A DNA stretch of 64,000 bases, taken from positions 1 through 64,000 of IMG/VR virus record IMGVR_UViG_3300027891_000004; one strand, 5' to 3'. The number at the start of each line of letters is the position of its first letter. Position 1 is the first letter of the stretch. The stretch comes from a virus (taxonomy: Duplodnaviria > Caudoviricetes). This document shows positions 62,543-64,000 of the stretch, piece after piece. The position numbers were made by a program, and so were the translations under genes. The notes beneath the pieces are model-generated. The model was not told where the DNA came from and did not search any database. It saw only the letters and a program-made list of their open reading frames with translations.

Positions 62543-64000
62543 TCAATAGTTCCTGTTTGCCCCGCCCGCCAGTCCGGCCGGGCGGTTGTAATTGTTGGTC
62601 ACGTACTCATTGCGACCCTGCGGCATCATCGCTCGCTGTTGCGTGGCCTGGATCAATTGCGGCATAGAGGTTGTCAGGAACGTCATCAAATTCGCGTGTT
62701 GCAATTGCATATTACGGTCCATTGTGATCGTTGCATCGGCGGCGGGGTCCGTAACATGCCCGAACGCGGCGGCCTGTATCCGTTCCCACGTACCCTCCAT
62801 CGAATCCTTACCGCCCACGTCCTCACTAATCAGACCCCGGTACGTACCGCTTGCGGCCATACGGTCGGAGATCGCCTCGGCTATTTGTTTACTATTGTCC
62901 ATTTCCGCCCTTTGGTTGGCGTATTTCTCTTGGATTTGCGCCATTTCCGATTCGGTTACGCCGCGTTCTTTGGCCCGTTCGGTTTCGCGTTTCTCCTGCA
63001 CCGTTAAATCACGCGATTGCCGTTCGTATTGGAGTTCCCGGTTGCGTTTTTGAATCGCCTTCATCCAATCGGCACCGGTTTGCGCACCGGCCATATCGAC
63101 GGCGAATTGTGTATTGATATTCCCCTCGCGCCGTTGGGATTCGCCGCGTGTTTTTATCATATCGGCTTGGAAACTATCGGCTCTTTTCCTACGTTCGGCA
63201 TCAAGTTTTACCCTTTCTTCTTCAAGTTTTTGGGCGCGTTCCTGTTCTTTTTTTGACGCCGTATTTCTGGCTTCCCGTCTGTCGTCGGCTTCCATTTTTT
63301 GTCTTTTCTGTTTCGCGTCCAGATCGTCCTGCGCCATTTGATGTTGGCCTTTTTTGGTAGCTTGGTCCATAGCCAATTTACCCAATTGTGCTGTCCCTTC
63401 CTTGTAGCTTGCAGCCAACGTTTCCAGACTTGCCTTTTGATCGCCGTTATTGATGCCTAGTTGCTTCAATATATCTGCCAATATGTTGTTGCCCTGCATA
63501 GCTTGCGCAAGCTGCGCATCGCCCGCCGCGGCGGCGGCCTTCATAGCATCTGATATATCTGCGTTGGCTTCTTTGAGACCCTCTTTCATTGCTTCTTTCG
63601 CTTTGTCGTCTGCTACCTGTTCATCTGTCAGGCCGGGCGTTGTTTGAGAAGGTGGACCGCCACTTGTTACTGCGCCTGTCCCTGAAATCTCGCCCGGTTT
63701 CGCTTTCTCAATCTGCTCCTTAAAATAGTCGCGTATTTCAATAGCCGTTTTTTCATCGCCATCTTTTGAAAGCGCATTATTTATCATACCTTGTACTTTT
63801 TTGCGTTCCTCAGGACTTAAATCTGCCGTCTTAAGATAGGAAGCCATTCCTGTTGAAAGTTCTCTTGTCGCGGATGCCGCACTATCTTTCTCAGCAAACA
63901 AATTCCAACCGCTTCTTTCTTTATTGCTCTTATTTGCTTCTACAACGGTAGAACTATCCGCATACAATTTACGGAGTTCCTGCAAGTTTTTCAGTTGCTC
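62543..64000 (-). CDS. Tape measure-like protein, C-terminal part (runs off the window)
   Basis: Frame open to the window edge; A/Q/E/K-rich helical sequence; C-terminal WERIQAAA; upstream of tail genes. Confidence 0.7.
   Translation of the reverse strand, partial: EQLKNLQELRKLYADSSTVVEANKSNKERSGWNLFAEKDSAASATRELSTGMASYLKTADLSPEERKKVQGMINNALSKDGDEKTAIEIRDYFKEQIEKAKPGEISGTGAVTSGGPPSQTTPGLTDEQVADDKAKEAMKEGLKEANADISDAMKAAAAAGDAQLAQAMQGNNILADILKQLGINNGDQKASLETLAASYKEGTAQLGKLAMDQATKKGQHQMAQDDLDAKQKRQKMEADDRREARNTASKKEQERAQKLEEERVKLDAERRKRADSFQADMIKTRGESQRREGNINTQFAVDMAGAQTGADWMKAIQKRNRELQYERQSRDLTVQEKRETERAKERGVTESEMAQIQEKYANQRAEMDNSKQIAEAISDRMAASGTYRGLISEDVGGKDSMEGTWERIQAAAFGHVTDPAADATITMDRNMQLQHANLMTFLTTSMPQLIQATQQRAMMPQGRNEYVTNNYNRPAGLAGGANRNY

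Overview
A 64 kb segment of a large tailed dsDNA phage or prophage genome, read in standard code 11 and mostly on the minus strand. Two host-type genes suggest a Planctomycetota host: a planctomycete-type ribosomal protein bS6 and a small protein of a family I recognise from planctomycetes. Layout: (i) 1-11.4 kb accessory region with a DUF6978-DUF1828/1829 pair, thioredoxin, two tandem DUF4160-DUF2442 toxin-antitoxin-like pairs, a ParB-like protein fused to a degenerate GyrB ATPase fragment, and a candidate ~260-nt pseudoknotted ncRNA. (ii) 11.4-25.6 kb holin-like, fibre and head-decoration operon. (iii) 25.9-37.6 kb small accessory genes (rpsF, YkgJ-like, DUF4326, macrodomain, Tad2/DUF2829-like, HD protein) plus a truncated tRNA-Leu-like gene with a UUA anticodon beside an att-like region. 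(iv) 37.7-64 kb tail operon with a 2416-aa Cys-rich protein, three tandem paralogous FN3-containing proteins and the 3' end of a tape-measure-like gene, interrupted by a HigB-like moron. The best candidate for an undescribed system is a set of seven dispersed genes (one a pseudogene) in which unrelated payloads, including DUF4160 and HigB toxin-family domains, sit behind shared N-terminal leader peptides; several leaders end in S-E-M-x-x-F-N, which suggests capsid targeting and protease processing. A perfect 16-bp palindrome (CCCGCCACGTGGCGGG) occurs eight times, and one copy appears inserted into a leader gene. All family names come from motif recognition by eye, not from database searches.
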